64,000 bases of DNA, from the NCBI GenBank assembly GCA_049970055.1, contig JBMFNR010000001.1, positions 256,001 through 320,000 on the forward strand, given 5' to 3'. Source of the DNA: Fervidobacterium sp. (lineage in GTDB: Bacteria > Thermotogota > Thermotogae > Thermotogales > Fervidobacteriaceae). Positions 18,457-28,360 of the stretch are shown one piece after another (position 1 is the first letter of the stretch; each line of letters begins with the position of its first letter). A model generated the notes under the pieces. It saw only the letters and a list, made by a program, of their open reading frames with translations, was not told the DNA's origin and did not search any database. The position numbers and the translations under genes were made by a program.

Positions 18457-19953
18457 ATGAAAAGATATCTTAAAATATATAGAGCTTTTTCTATGATAAT
18501 GATTCAGTATGCCTTTATTTCGCTTGTACCGTTGCTATTTTGTTTCTTTTATCCAAATGAGTTGAGGCATATCAATGGTTTTGTTATAACATCTATAGTG
18601 GCGCTTATTCTATACGTATCCGGGTACCTAATAAAAATTGAAGATTTAGGAACCATAACATACCGGGACGGTGCTGTACTAACTGTATTTACATGGCTTG
18701 TTGTTGCCTTGCTTTCGTCAATACCACACATGTTAGAAGGTCATTTAAATTTTTCGCAGGCAATATTTGAATCGGTGAGTGGACTTACGACAACAGGTTT
18801 GACGATGTATTCAGATGTTACAAAAGTTTCAAAACTTGTACTTTTCTGGCGCTCATGGACACAATACATAGGTGGAGCAGGATTTGCACTTTTAATGCTA
18901 TCGATGGTTATTGGTCCTAAGGGTGTTGGATTTTACAAAGCGGAAGGTAGAGTGGATAACTTAGTGCCCAACATAAGGCGTTCAACTCAGATTATAATTC
19001 AGATATACGTTGCTTACACTGTTGCGGGTACAATCTCTTTACGGATAGCAGGTATTGGTTGGTTTGATGCTTTGAATCATACGATGACGGCCCTTGCCAC
19101 GGGAGGCTTTTCTACAAAAAATGGTAGTATTGGAGAATTTCACAATCTTGCTGCAGAAATAATAATTATGATATTAATGTTTCTTGGCGCAACAGGTTTT
19201 GCGATCCATTACGCTTTTTGGAAAGGAAATTGGAGGGCGGTTTTAAGAAACGGCGAACCTTGGCTTATGATATCTTCAATTTTAGTTTTTGGAATATCTA
19301 CGGCTCTTAGTGGTGTTGGTAAGTATTTTCCAAACTTTTTGAATGCACTGAGGTACACCACATTTCAGGTAATATCTGCGATTTCAGGGACCGGATTTCA
19401 AACACTTCCACTGAACGAACAAAAGTGGTTTTCTTTCTCACCACTCATCTTATCGCTCATTGTTCTAATGGTTGCGGGCGGCGATATGGACTCCACGGCA
19501 GGTGGTATTAAACAATTTCGTATATGGATTATACTAAACACTATTTGGGAATCAACTAAAAACTTCTTATTGCCGAAAAGCAGGGTAAAAACAAGGATTA
19601 TATACAAAGGTGAACAACAATTGGTTCTATCATCTGATAGTATGAGAGAAGCTTTGATCATTCTTTTCTTGTACATCTTTGCATTGATAATCGGTTCATT
19701 CATCTTGACGTTGCATGGTTACGATATGGGGCATTCGATCTTTGAGTTTGCCTCTGCTATGGACGGCGTGGGACTTTCTTCGGGGCTGACCTCTCCTGAT
19801 ATGCCTTTAACTGCTATGTGGACGTTGACTTTGGGAATGTTCACAGGAAGGTTTGAATTTTTGATAATTATTTACGCGTTATCGAAAGTTATCTCAGATG
19901 TTAGAATATCTTTAAAGGACAAATTAAGGTCAAATAATTATCCACAGAGGTGA
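18457..19953 (+). CDS. trkH: TrkH potassium uptake membrane protein
   Basis: FESVSGLTTTG, LATGGFS, SGTGF, STAGGIK, GRFE; multiple TM segments. Confidence 0.94.
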   Translation: MKRYLKIYRAFSMIMIQYAFISLVPLLFCFFYPNELRHINGFVITSIVALILYVSGYLIKIEDLGTITYRDGAVLTVFTWLVVALLSSIPHMLEGHLNFSQAIFESVSGLTTTGLTMYSDVTKVSKLVLFWRSWTQYIGGAGFALLMLSMVIGPKGVGFYKAEGRVDNLVPNIRRSTQIIIQIYVAYTVAGTISLRIAGIGWFDALNHTMTALATGGFSTKNGSIGEFHNLAAEIIIMILMFLGATGFAIHYAFWKGNWRAVLRNGEPWLMISSILVFGISTALSGVGKYFPNFLNALRYTTFQVISAISGTGFQTLPLNEQKWFSFSPLILSLIVLMVAGGDMDSTAGGIKQFRIWIILNTIWESTKNFLLPKSRVKTRIIYKGEQQLVLSSDSMREALIILFLYIFALIIGSFILTLHGYDMGHSIFEFASAMDGVGLSSGLTSPDMPLTAMWTLTLGMFTGRFEFLIIIYALSKVISDVRISLKDKLRSNNYPQR

Positions 19954-19958
19954 TACTT

Positions 19959-20549
19959 TTGTCAAACCGTGCGATGCTTTACATTTTGATATTCATTGTT
20001 CTATTTTTCTTATTAATCGATCTGACAACTCTATTTTTTAGAGGACCTAACTTTGATGTAGTTTTCTACAATTCAGATGTCTTTTTTGATTATTCAGAAG
20101 TAGCAACGATTACAACGGTGAGTGGATTGAAGTTCAAATCCAATAAGAAAAAAGACGACTACTTGAAGGTTTATAAGGACACTTCAAGACAGACCTTTGA
20201 GAAATATTTTTCAGAAGTGTCAAAAGAAATAAACAAGAATATCCAAGTAGTGGATGTTAAGTACTCTTGGAAAGATAGGGAAGGTATACTTGAAATAACC
20301 GAGAGTGTTACTTTAAAAGGTCTGGTAAGCTCAAAGGAGGAAAACGGAACCAAGGTGTATACAGTTGGAATGGGAAGAATAAAGATGAACGCAGTTGGAA
20401 ATGCCAATTTGAAATTACATATACCTCAAGGTTCAATAGTCCTAAGTGTTGAACCAACACCGACGGTTCAAAATGGCGATTTTCTTCTGTGGTCAAACGA
20501 AGATATAATCTTTTTCCCAGAAGTATCGTTCAAAAGGAGCGAGGGTTGA
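19959..20549 (+). CDS. Membrane-anchored hypothetical protein (DUF4897-like)
   Basis: N-terminal TM, beta-rich body with LHIPQGS.VLSVEPTP motif. Confidence 0.55.
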   Translation: MSNRAMLYILIFIVLFFLLIDLTTLFFRGPNFDVVFYNSDVFFDYSEVATITTVSGLKFKSNKKKDDYLKVYKDTSRQTFEKYFSEVSKEINKNIQVVDVKYSWKDREGILEITESVTLKGLVSSKEENGTKVYTVGMGRIKMNAVGNANLKLHIPQGSIVLSVEPTPTVQNGDFLLWSNEDIIFFPEVSFKRSEG

Positions 20550-21094
20550 TGAGTGTAATTAATTGGTTAGTTGTATTATCCACTCTTGGAACATTGCTGT
20601 TGCTTTGGGCACTGTTCATTGTTCAAAATTTCAATAAAAACCATGAAAAAACTCCTATTGATGAGGAAGAAGAAAGACTTGTTGAATTAATGGGAAAAGT
20701 TAGAATATTTGTTGATTCAAAAATTGAGCAGTTAGACGAAAAGATGGAGGAGGTTAGAAATTTAATCAAAGAACTTAATGATCAGTATATAATGATTTCT
20801 ACACTGAGTCTGGAAAAAGTTAGTAATATTGAACAACGTATGCAAGATTTTAACCCGGGAGATAACGAAAAAGAAAAGCAAGTAAAATTTGAAAAATCAA
20901 CCGAAGCTAATGGTTTTAACCTTATTGAAGAAAAAATCGAAGATAAAGATCATAAAAACAATGAAAGCTTGGAAAGCAAAATATACGACATGTACCTTTC
21001 AGGTATGGAACCTATCGAGATAGCCAAGTCACTGAAAATGGGTCTAGGAGAAGTGCAACTCGTTCTTGATTTGATGAAAAGGCAAAAAAGTTAA
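20549..21094 (+). CDS. Membrane-anchored coiled-coil protein with C-terminal HTH-like motif
   Basis: TM, coiled coil, and GMEPIEIAKSLKMGLGEVQLVL (DUF2802/DUF6115-like end). Confidence 0.6.
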   Translation: MSVINWLVVLSTLGTLLLLWALFIVQNFNKNHEKTPIDEEEERLVELMGKVRIFVDSKIEQLDEKMEEVRNLIKELNDQYIMISTLSLEKVSNIEQRMQDFNPGDNEKEKQVKFEKSTEANGFNLIEEKIEDKDHKNNESLESKIYDMYLSGMEPIEIAKSLKMGLGEVQLVLDLMKRQKS

Positions 21095-21124
21095 TCTCTT
21101 TAGTTATTTTGAGGAGGTGTTCAT

Positions 21125-21643
21125 ATGCATGGTGAACATCCGTACGTAAAGTGGGCAATTGAGGTTATTGAGAGCTATGTACGATACAGAAAGGTGATTG
21201 AACCACATAAAGATCTTCCAAAGGAGCTTTTCGAACGTAGAGCTGGTACGTTCGTAACGCTGCATAACCTTGATGGATCTTTGAGAGGCTGCATTGGGAC
21301 CTTTATTCCCATTAGGGAAAACCTAGCTTACGAAATTCGTGATAACGCGATATCGTCGGCCACAAAAGATCCAAGATTTCCACCTGTCAGTCCAGATGAA
21401 TTGGAAAACATTGTAGTTAATGTTGATGTGCTCAGCCCTTTTGAACCAGTTAAGAGTATCGATGAGCTTGATCCCAAAAAATACGGAATAATAGTTCAAA
21501 GGGGATTTAGGCGTGGATTACTTTTGCCAGACATTGAAGGCGTTGATAGTGTTGAAGAACAAATACGTATTGCTAAGTTAAAAGCCGGGATTTTTGATGA
21601 CAATTTTGAAATTTTTAAATTCACCGTGGAAAGGTATAGGTGA
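21125..21643 (+). CDS. amrA: AMMECR1 domain protein (AmmeMemoRadiSam protein A)
   Basis: GTFVTL, LRGCIGT, DPRFPPV, RGLLLP. Confidence 0.92.
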   Translation: MHGEHPYVKWAIEVIESYVRYRKVIEPHKDLPKELFERRAGTFVTLHNLDGSLRGCIGTFIPIRENLAYEIRDNAISSATKDPRFPPVSPDELENIVVNVDVLSPFEPVKSIDELDPKKYGIIVQRGFRRGLLLPDIEGVDSVEEQIRIAKLKAGIFDDNFEIFKFTVERYR

Positions 21644-22893
21644 TAAGTGTGAGTGGTGAGCTCAACGGTAAGGTATCGAAGTTTACTTTTGAGAATGTAA
21701 AAGACATAATTTTGCTTTCTTTTGGTTCATTTGGCCTGTGTTTTATGCTAAGTGTATACATAGTCAAAATATCGAGAATATTTGTTGAAAACAATTTTGC
21801 TCTTTCCGTAGGAATTCCGACTTTATTTTCTGAAGTTCTGTTTCTCGTTATTTTTGCTCCTTTTTTTGCGTACATGTACGGGATTACAAGAACTAAAATT
21901 GGACGACGTACGCCTTACTTACTTACTTTTGGTGTTTTGTCGTCATTCTTTATGGCTTTGGTAGAGAAAATAGGAGTTAAATCTTTATTTGAAGCAACGT
22001 TGTCAGTGCTTTTACTCAACTTTGCTTTGTTTTCGTATACTCTGGCATTCGTAGGACTTTTAAAAGACAAATCGACCTATTATGTGAAAGATATATTGAT
22101 ATTTCAGGTTAGGTTGTGGGGCTTTATTGGCACGTTTTTGGGTTTTACATATTTAATAAAATATAATTACACTGGTAACGAAATGATTGTTGCAAGTTTT
22201 GTTTTTATCATATCGGTGATTGTAGTATCGCTTTTCGTGGTAGAAGATAAAAAGTACAAAGTAAAAATGTTAAAAAGTGAGAAACCTGAAAGTAATTACC
22301 GCTTAAGTATGCTATTTAGACATTTTGTAATGACGAAGAAAGATGTGGAAAGAGCCTTGGTGTTTTCCTTAATAGCTGTCCAAGAAACTTTTATCATTTA
22401 CTTTTTAAAAGATTTTCCCTTCAGACACAGCGTTTATGCACTCATCTTGTTCATGGCAGGGACTATTTCGTATTATATGATTTATATTTTTTCAAAAAAA
22501 TTGAGAGATACTATGACTAAAAGCTGGTTAGAAATCTTCTCGATTCTTCTTGTTGCACTTTTTTATATACTTTTTTACACACTTCACCAATATAAGGCGA
22601 TAAATGCAATCGTTGGTATTCAATTTATTGTGGGAACACTTTTTGGTATTGTAATTGAGAAATATCTTGGGTTTGTAATACCTGGAAGGTGTGAATGGTT
22701 TATTATATATTCACACTTGACCGAAAATGACACACTGAAATTTGATGTAAAAAAATTGCAATTTCTACTATTTTCGTTTATACTTATTATAGCTTTCGCC
22801 GTCATATTTGATTTCGTCGGTTCAAAGAACGTAAGCCTGATTTACGCAAGTTTTCTTATATCTTTATTGTTACTAAGGATCAACAAAACATAG
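21640..22893 (+). CDS. Divergent MFS/GPH-like multi-pass membrane protein
   Basis: About 11-12 hydrophobic segments; TRTKIGRRTPYL resembles the GPH-family loop motif. Confidence 0.55.
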   Translation: MISVSGELNGKVSKFTFENVKDIILLSFGSFGLCFMLSVYIVKISRIFVENNFALSVGIPTLFSEVLFLVIFAPFFAYMYGITRTKIGRRTPYLLTFGVLSSFFMALVEKIGVKSLFEATLSVLLLNFALFSYTLAFVGLLKDKSTYYVKDILIFQVRLWGFIGTFLGFTYLIKYNYTGNEMIVASFVFIISVIVVSLFVVEDKKYKVKMLKSEKPESNYRLSMLFRHFVMTKKDVERALVFSLIAVQETFIIYFLKDFPFRHSVYALILFMAGTISYYMIYIFSKKLRDTMTKSWLEIFSILLVALFYILFYTLHQYKAINAIVGIQFIVGTLFGIVIEKYLGFVIPGRCEWFIIYSHLTENDTLKFDVKKLQFLLFSFILIIAFAVIFDFVGSKNVSLIYASFLISLLLLRINKT

Positions 22894-22941
22894 ACGAACA
22901 CAGACAAAACACAGAGAAATATATTATGCGAGGTGACCGTT

Positions 22942-23769
22942 TTGATAAAACCTGGGGATAGAGTTGTATTATACGGGGAAGATGGGAAGAAGTTTATAAT
23001 TAGAGTTGAAGAAGGTGGTAAAAAAGGTACGCATCTTGGTGTTATAGAGTTTAACGAGATTATAGGTAAAGAGTTTGGAGATATAGTGATGATTGGAAAA
23101 ACGAAAAAATCTTATTATATTCTACCACCGACATACATAGATGACATATTCTCAATGAAAAGAAAAACGCAGATCATTTATCCCAAAGACTCGAGCTATA
23201 TTCTAATGAAATTAGACATAAAACCTGGAAGTAAGGTTATAGATACAGGTGTTGGAAGTGGAGCTATGTGTGCAGCAATGGCAAGACTAGTTGGCGAAAA
23301 CGGGAAGGTTTACGCTTACGAAAGAAGAGAAGATTTTTATAACCTTGCTCTCAATAATCTTAATGAGTGGGGGCTTGCTGGAAGGGTAGAGCTTATACTA
23401 AAAGATATATCGATTGGATTTGACCATTCCAATGTTGATGCACTACTACTTGATGTTCCAGATCCGGAAAATTATGTTCACCTGTGCTGGGAAGCACTTG
23501 CGGGTGGCGGAAGGCTTGGAATAATTTGTCCAACCACGAACCAAGTTTCAATGGTTCTTGAAAGACTTTACGAGTACCCATTCATCGATGTTGAAGTATG
23601 GGAATCATTGATGAGACAATACAAACCGTATCCGAATAGATTGAGGCCAGTTGATAGGATGGTTGCACATACAACATTCATGGTTTTTGCTAGAAAGGTA
23701 AATAAATTTATTCCCAAAATATGTGATGCGCAGAATATTAAAAATCAAAATGACACCGAAAAGGAGTGA
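22942..23769 (+). CDS. trmI: tRNA (adenine58-N1)-methyltransferase
   Basis: THLG, RKTQIIYPKD, GVGSG, YERRED, LDVPDP, RP..RMVAHT. Confidence 0.93.
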   Translation: MIKPGDRVVLYGEDGKKFIIRVEEGGKKGTHLGVIEFNEIIGKEFGDIVMIGKTKKSYYILPPTYIDDIFSMKRKTQIIYPKDSSYILMKLDIKPGSKVIDTGVGSGAMCAAMARLVGENGKVYAYERREDFYNLALNNLNEWGLAGRVELILKDISIGFDHSNVDALLLDVPDPENYVHLCWEALAGGGRLGIICPTTNQVSMVLERLYEYPFIDVEVWESLMRQYKPYPNRLRPVDRMVAHTTFMVFARKVNKFIPKICDAQNIKNQNDTEKE

Positions 23770-23775
23770 GAACGT

Positions 23776-24990
23776 ATGAAGAATGTTTTTAAGGGTATCT
23801 TATCGTACATATTTGTAGCAATTGTTGTTATTATTTCAAGTGTAATATTATCTGGTGCTACCGATACTCAGCTACTTAATTATATAACTCCCTTATATGA
23901 AACTCTTTACAGGATAAATGCTAACTATTATGAGATCGACAAGGTAGATTACAATAAATTAATTGACTCCGCAATCGATGGTATGGTGAAGGGACTCGGT
24001 GATGATTTCAGTTATTATTACCCAGCTAGTCAGATGGAAGAACAACAAATTGAAATGGAAGGGCAATACGGAGGACTTGGTATAGAGGTAACATACGATA
24101 GCGAAAATCGTGCAGTGAAAATTATCAGCCCGATGTATGGAACACCTGCGTGGAGGGCTGGGTTGCAAGCAGGAGATCTAATAATTGGTATAAATGATGA
24201 ACCAGTGAGTGAAATGGAATATATGGAAGCGATAAACAAAATGCGCGGAAAACCTGGAACGGAAGTTAAGTTAACTATAAAAAGAGGAAAAGATATAATT
24301 GAAGTAAAACTCGTCAGAGAAATCATTCAGATAGTGCCGGTGAAATCTGGGATAACGACTTACAATGGTAAGAAAGTAGGATACATCTTACTAACGAAAT
24401 TTAATGAACCAGTACCAACGGAACTACAAAGGGCGTTGCGAAAGCTGTACGATCAAAATATACAAGCTCTGATACTTGATCTTAGAAATAACCCGGGCGG
24501 GCTACTTGATGTTGCAATACAGGTTTCCAATTATTTCTTAGATGCGGGTAAGGTGATTGTATCTGTTAAAGACAGGAATGGAAAGATAACAGATAGATAC
24601 ATAAGTCAAGGTAACAATTACCCAAATGTTCCGATGGCTGTACTTATTAACAATGGTTCAGCTTCAGCTTCTGAAATAGTTTCCGCGGCTTTGAAAGAAA
24701 ATGGAAGAGCTACTTTAATAGGTCAAAAAACATTTGGGAAAGGTTCCGTTCAAAGAGGTTTTCCACTAAGTAATGGTGGAACAGTCTTCCTTACGATCGC
24801 ACATTATCTTACCCCGTCTGGTAAGGATATTCATAAAGTTGGTATAGAGCCTAATGTAGTAGTTCAGGAAGCAACATCCACATCGAGAAAAGTTGAAGCA
24901 AAAGTGTACACATTGACAGACATAGAGGTCGACAAGGACGATCCGGTAATAAAAGCGGCACTTGAAAAGTTAACTGGTGCAACTAAGTGA
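23776..24990 (+). CDS. ctpA: S41 carboxy-terminal processing protease with PDZ domain
   Basis: GGLGIE PDZ, LDLRNNPGG, SASASEI, TFGKGSVQ. Confidence 0.93.
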   Translation: MKNVFKGILSYIFVAIVVIISSVILSGATDTQLLNYITPLYETLYRINANYYEIDKVDYNKLIDSAIDGMVKGLGDDFSYYYPASQMEEQQIEMEGQYGGLGIEVTYDSENRAVKIISPMYGTPAWRAGLQAGDLIIGINDEPVSEMEYMEAINKMRGKPGTEVKLTIKRGKDIIEVKLVREIIQIVPVKSGITTYNGKKVGYILLTKFNEPVPTELQRALRKLYDQNIQALILDLRNNPGGLLDVAIQVSNYFLDAGKVIVSVKDRNGKITDRYISQGNNYPNVPMAVLINNGSASASEIVSAALKENGRATLIGQKTFGKGSVQRGFPLSNGGTVFLTIAHYLTPSGKDIHKVGIEPNVVVQEATSTSRKVEAKVYTLTDIEVDKDDPVIKAALEKLTGATK

Positions 24991-25001
24991 TGATCTAAGG
25001 G

Positions 25002-25523
25002 ATGAAAGCTGAATTTTACGCTGTAATTCTGTTTTTTGTTTCGGCGATTTTTGTACTTGTTCTTTTTTCTGGAAAGAAATTATCAGTTGAGGAGGAGGTA
25101 TTGCCTTCTCCCTTTCTTTCTGTAGAAAATCCATATGAAAATGATATAAGAAAAAAGGTTAATGAAATCAACAGACAGTTATTTTTTTTAGAATACGGAA
25201 AAACAATTCCTCAAAATGTCGGTCCAGAAGAAATCGAAAAAATAATTTTTAGTATAGAAGACATAAGGGCAAAGAAAGAGGTTATAAAACGGATAAGAAA
25301 ATATTGGTGGGGTTCCGGAATAGAGGAAATAACGTTCAGAATAAAACATATAGAAATCAAATGGTATCCCATTGTAAGAGTATCTGAAAATGTTAAGACG
25401 ACATTTGCTGAAGCTTTGTATGATGCATTGAATGGTAAAATATCTGCTTTCTATGTTGGTAATTCAGATATGCACGTAATAAAAGAAGTCGCAAAAAAGT
25501 ATAAAGTAGCAGTGGAATATTAA
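25002..25523 (+). CDS. Hypothetical membrane-anchored protein
   Basis: 173 aa ORF with N-terminal TM, in operon. Confidence 0.6.
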   Translation: MKAEFYAVILFFVSAIFVLVLFSGKKLSVEEEVLPSPFLSVENPYENDIRKKVNEINRQLFFLEYGKTIPQNVGPEEIEKIIFSIEDIRAKKEVIKRIRKYWWGSGIEEITFRIKHIEIKWYPIVRVSENVKTTFAEALYDALNGKISAFYVGNSDMHVIKEVAKKYKVAVEY

Positions 25524-25597
25524 CTTTTATTAACTTTTAGTGACCTTTAATAATACTTAATGACACGTAAATTATGCGCGTAGCGAGGTGCAGCCAA

Positions 25598-25996
25598 TTG
25601 AAAAATAAGATATCTTCGGAAATGATCAAGTCGATATTGGCATTACTAATCACTGTCTTTGTATACATTTGGTCGGCTGAAAAACTTCACCTTGGTATAT
25701 TCTTGTTGGATAATTACATTTTCAACTTTTTCATACTTTACGTTCCGACGCTTGTATTTTTTTCGAGTATGTTTTTAACTTTAGATGATGTTTTCAAAGA
25801 AGTTCAAAGGATAATAGCGTATTCGTTTGTACCGATCCTAGCATTTCGGATTGGTTGGTATGGTTACTCTTTTTACTTTTCATTTGTTGTATGCTATGTA
25901 CTTTCCAACATTGTTTTTCCAAAATTTTCAAAACGGTACCCAATAATAATATTCAACGGAATTGCTCTGATACTATTTTTAATCTGGAGGGTTTAG
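25598..25996 (+). CDS. Small multi-TM hypothetical protein
   Basis: TTG follows GAGGTG; 4-5 hydrophobic segments; abuts the MMPL gene. Confidence 0.6.
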   Translation: MKNKISSEMIKSILALLITVFVYIWSAEKLHLGIFLLDNYIFNFFILYVPTLVFFSSMFLTLDDVFKEVQRIIAYSFVPILAFRIGWYGYSFYFSFVVCYVLSNIVFPKFSKRYPIIIFNGIALILFLIWRV

Positions 25997-25999
25997 AAG

Positions 26000-28360
26000 T
26001 TGGAAAAGTTCGCAGAATTATATGTGAAATTCATTCTCAGGCATGCAAACAAAGTTCTTATATTTTTAGTAATTATCTCCGCATTTTTGGGGATCTATGC
26101 GGCGTTTCGATTAAGGATAAACGCCGATATAACTGGTCTTGCGCCAAAAGATGATCAGAGGTTTCAAGATCTTATCAAGTATACAAGTGAGAAAGTGACT
26201 TCAAATACATTGCTTGTTGCTGTTTTCGGTATAAGAAAGCAAAATCCTGATGCAATAGTGAAAGACTTAAAAGAGCTCTTTGAAAGGTCTACGTATGTAA
26301 ACAAAGCTGAGGCTTTTGATAATCCAGAAACATTGGTTAAGTATGGAATGTTGTCGATAAACGAAAGCTCGATTTCGGAAAGTGTTAATTACTATCAAAG
26401 CTTGATTAGCGTAGAACCGCGCACACTTGTGGATTTTAGATTTTGGAGAAACCTAGGAACGACGCTATACGATCTAAACAATTACATTGAAGAATTGGTC
26501 AAGAAAAGTGGAATAAAAAAATATTATTTGATTTCCCCCGACAATGATTTGATAGTTATGAACTTTTCTATGTCTAAGCCAATGTCTAATGTTAGATTTG
26601 TGACCGAAGCAGTGGAATACTTGAAAACAGAAAGTAAAAAAATCGAAAAAAAGTACGACGTAGAGATTAAATTTTCCGGTGGAGTGATGAGTACTTACGA
26701 GGCAAACAAACAAGCTTCGAAAGATTTCACGCTAACAACTATAATTTCTATCGTTGGTATAGTGATAATTCTTATACTCGGTTTTGGAAGCTTGTTGGAA
26801 CTCTTTATTCTGTTCACGGGACTCATCGTAGCTATGGTGATAAGCTTGGGAATAATAGCATTACTTTTGAGAGAACTTAACATCGTCACAACATTTGTCA
26901 ATGCAATGTTGCTTGGACTAGGGATAGATTACGCTATGTACATAGTTACAAGAATCCAGGAAAGGTTTCACGTTGAGGGTGTTAGTGAAGAAAGTATTGT
27001 GAAGGCTTTTGTAGAAAATTTCCGCCCATCTTTTATTTCCATGTTGACAACAGCCCTCGCATTTTTCACAATGCTTTTCAGCCCATCGAATGCTATTAAA
27101 CAGATGGGGATATCTGTTTCAATCGGTATAGCAATCTACTTCTTTGTATTCAACTCAATTGTACCAGTATCCCATCAAAAGCTTTTAAACAAGTTTAAAA
27201 GAAGAGAGCGTGATACATACGTACGATTTGTTGATATAATAAGACGCAGCAAAGTACCATATATTTTCACAATCTTTGCAACTATCATTTTCACGCTTTT
27301 TGGTGTGTACTCTATAATGAATTTTTCATACACCACATCCAGCTTAATCGCAAGCAATTCCGAATCGCAAACAGTTGCTGATATGGTTTCTAAGAAATTT
27401 GGATCTGTAGGTACAAGTGATGTTGTAATTGCATTGCCAAGTGCTCAAGAATTAGAAAAAGCAATCGCAGACTTAAAAAAGAAAGGTATAATAACTTCAG
27501 ATTTTTCGATACTTTCATTTATCCATGACCCGGAAAGGATCGCCCAAGAAAAGTCGAATATCTATATTCAAGTTTTGCAATTAACACATGTACCTATTCT
27601 TGAAATCATCTTTAAAAAATATGGTCTGTATGAGAGCTTTGTATCAACAGTTGATGTAATAAAAAACATCTCAACAACGCAAGATTTGTTTAATTTGATG
27701 CAAAAAGATGTACCAAGTCTGTTTTACAAAGATATAAATGGTAAGATGTATTTATTATCGTACATTACACCTTCAATTCCAATTTGGGAAGGCAATAACA
27801 TTAAGAAATTTTTCAATTCTCTTCGAAATTACAGGACGTACGGCTATACTGCGCTATTTTACAATATAATTGAGGAACTTATCTCCTCAACTGTCTGGGT
27901 CTTTGGATTGGTCTTCCTTGTAGAATTAATAGTTCTTTACATAGACTTTAGAAATTTCAAAAAGTCACTTAATATAATGTTGTTAACGATATTAAACGCA
28001 CTTGCAGCGTTTGGTATTTCCTACCTGGTAGGAATCAAGACAACGTTTATAACATTCATTGTTTTGCCGATATTTTTAGGTATCGGTGTAGATAGCTTAG
28101 TGGAGATAGACCACAGTGTAAAATTTGGAAGGGAAAGTATCATAAAAACCGAGAAGGCCGTTATCATGAGCATTCTGACAACTGTCGTATCGTTTGCAAG
28201 CTTTTTACTTGCAGGGGGAAAATTACTCAGGGAATTTGGATTCGTAACCTCGGCTGGATTAGTTGGAGCTTTGTTTATTTCAATATTTTGGTATTTGAAT
28301 GTCATCGATCCACGCCCAGGAATAAACCAAAGAAAAAGGAATAGGGTTGATAAAGTATGA
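26000..28360 (+). CDS. MMPL/RND-family (HpnN-like) lipid transporter
   Basis: Two halves of TM + periplasmic loop + 5 TM. LGLGIDY and LGIGVDS motifs, SMLTTALAF, REFG. Confidence 0.88.
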   Translation: MEKFAELYVKFILRHANKVLIFLVIISAFLGIYAAFRLRINADITGLAPKDDQRFQDLIKYTSEKVTSNTLLVAVFGIRKQNPDAIVKDLKELFERSTYVNKAEAFDNPETLVKYGMLSINESSISESVNYYQSLISVEPRTLVDFRFWRNLGTTLYDLNNYIEELVKKSGIKKYYLISPDNDLIVMNFSMSKPMSNVRFVTEAVEYLKTESKKIEKKYDVEIKFSGGVMSTYEANKQASKDFTLTTIISIVGIVIILILGFGSLLELFILFTGLIVAMVISLGIIALLLRELNIVTTFVNAMLLGLGIDYAMYIVTRIQERFHVEGVSEESIVKAFVENFRPSFISMLTTALAFFTMLFSPSNAIKQMGISVSIGIAIYFFVFNSIVPVSHQKLLNKFKRRERDTYVRFVDIIRRSKVPYIFTIFATIIFTLFGVYSIMNFSYTTSSLIASNSESQTVADMVSKKFGSVGTSDVVIALPSAQELEKAIADLKKKGIITSDFSILSFIHDPERIAQEKSNIYIQVLQLTHVPILEIIFKKYGLYESFVSTVDVIKNISTTQDLFNLMQKDVPSLFYKDINGKMYLLSYITPSIPIWEGNNIKKFFNSLRNYRTYGYTALFYNIIEELISSTVWVFGLVFLVELIVLYIDFRNFKKSLNIMLLTILNALAAFGISYLVGIKTTFITFIVLPIFLGIGVDSLVEIDHSVKFGRESIIKTEKAVIMSILTTVVSFASFLLAGGKLLREFGFVTSAGLVGALFISIFWYLNVIDPRPGINQRKRNRVDKV

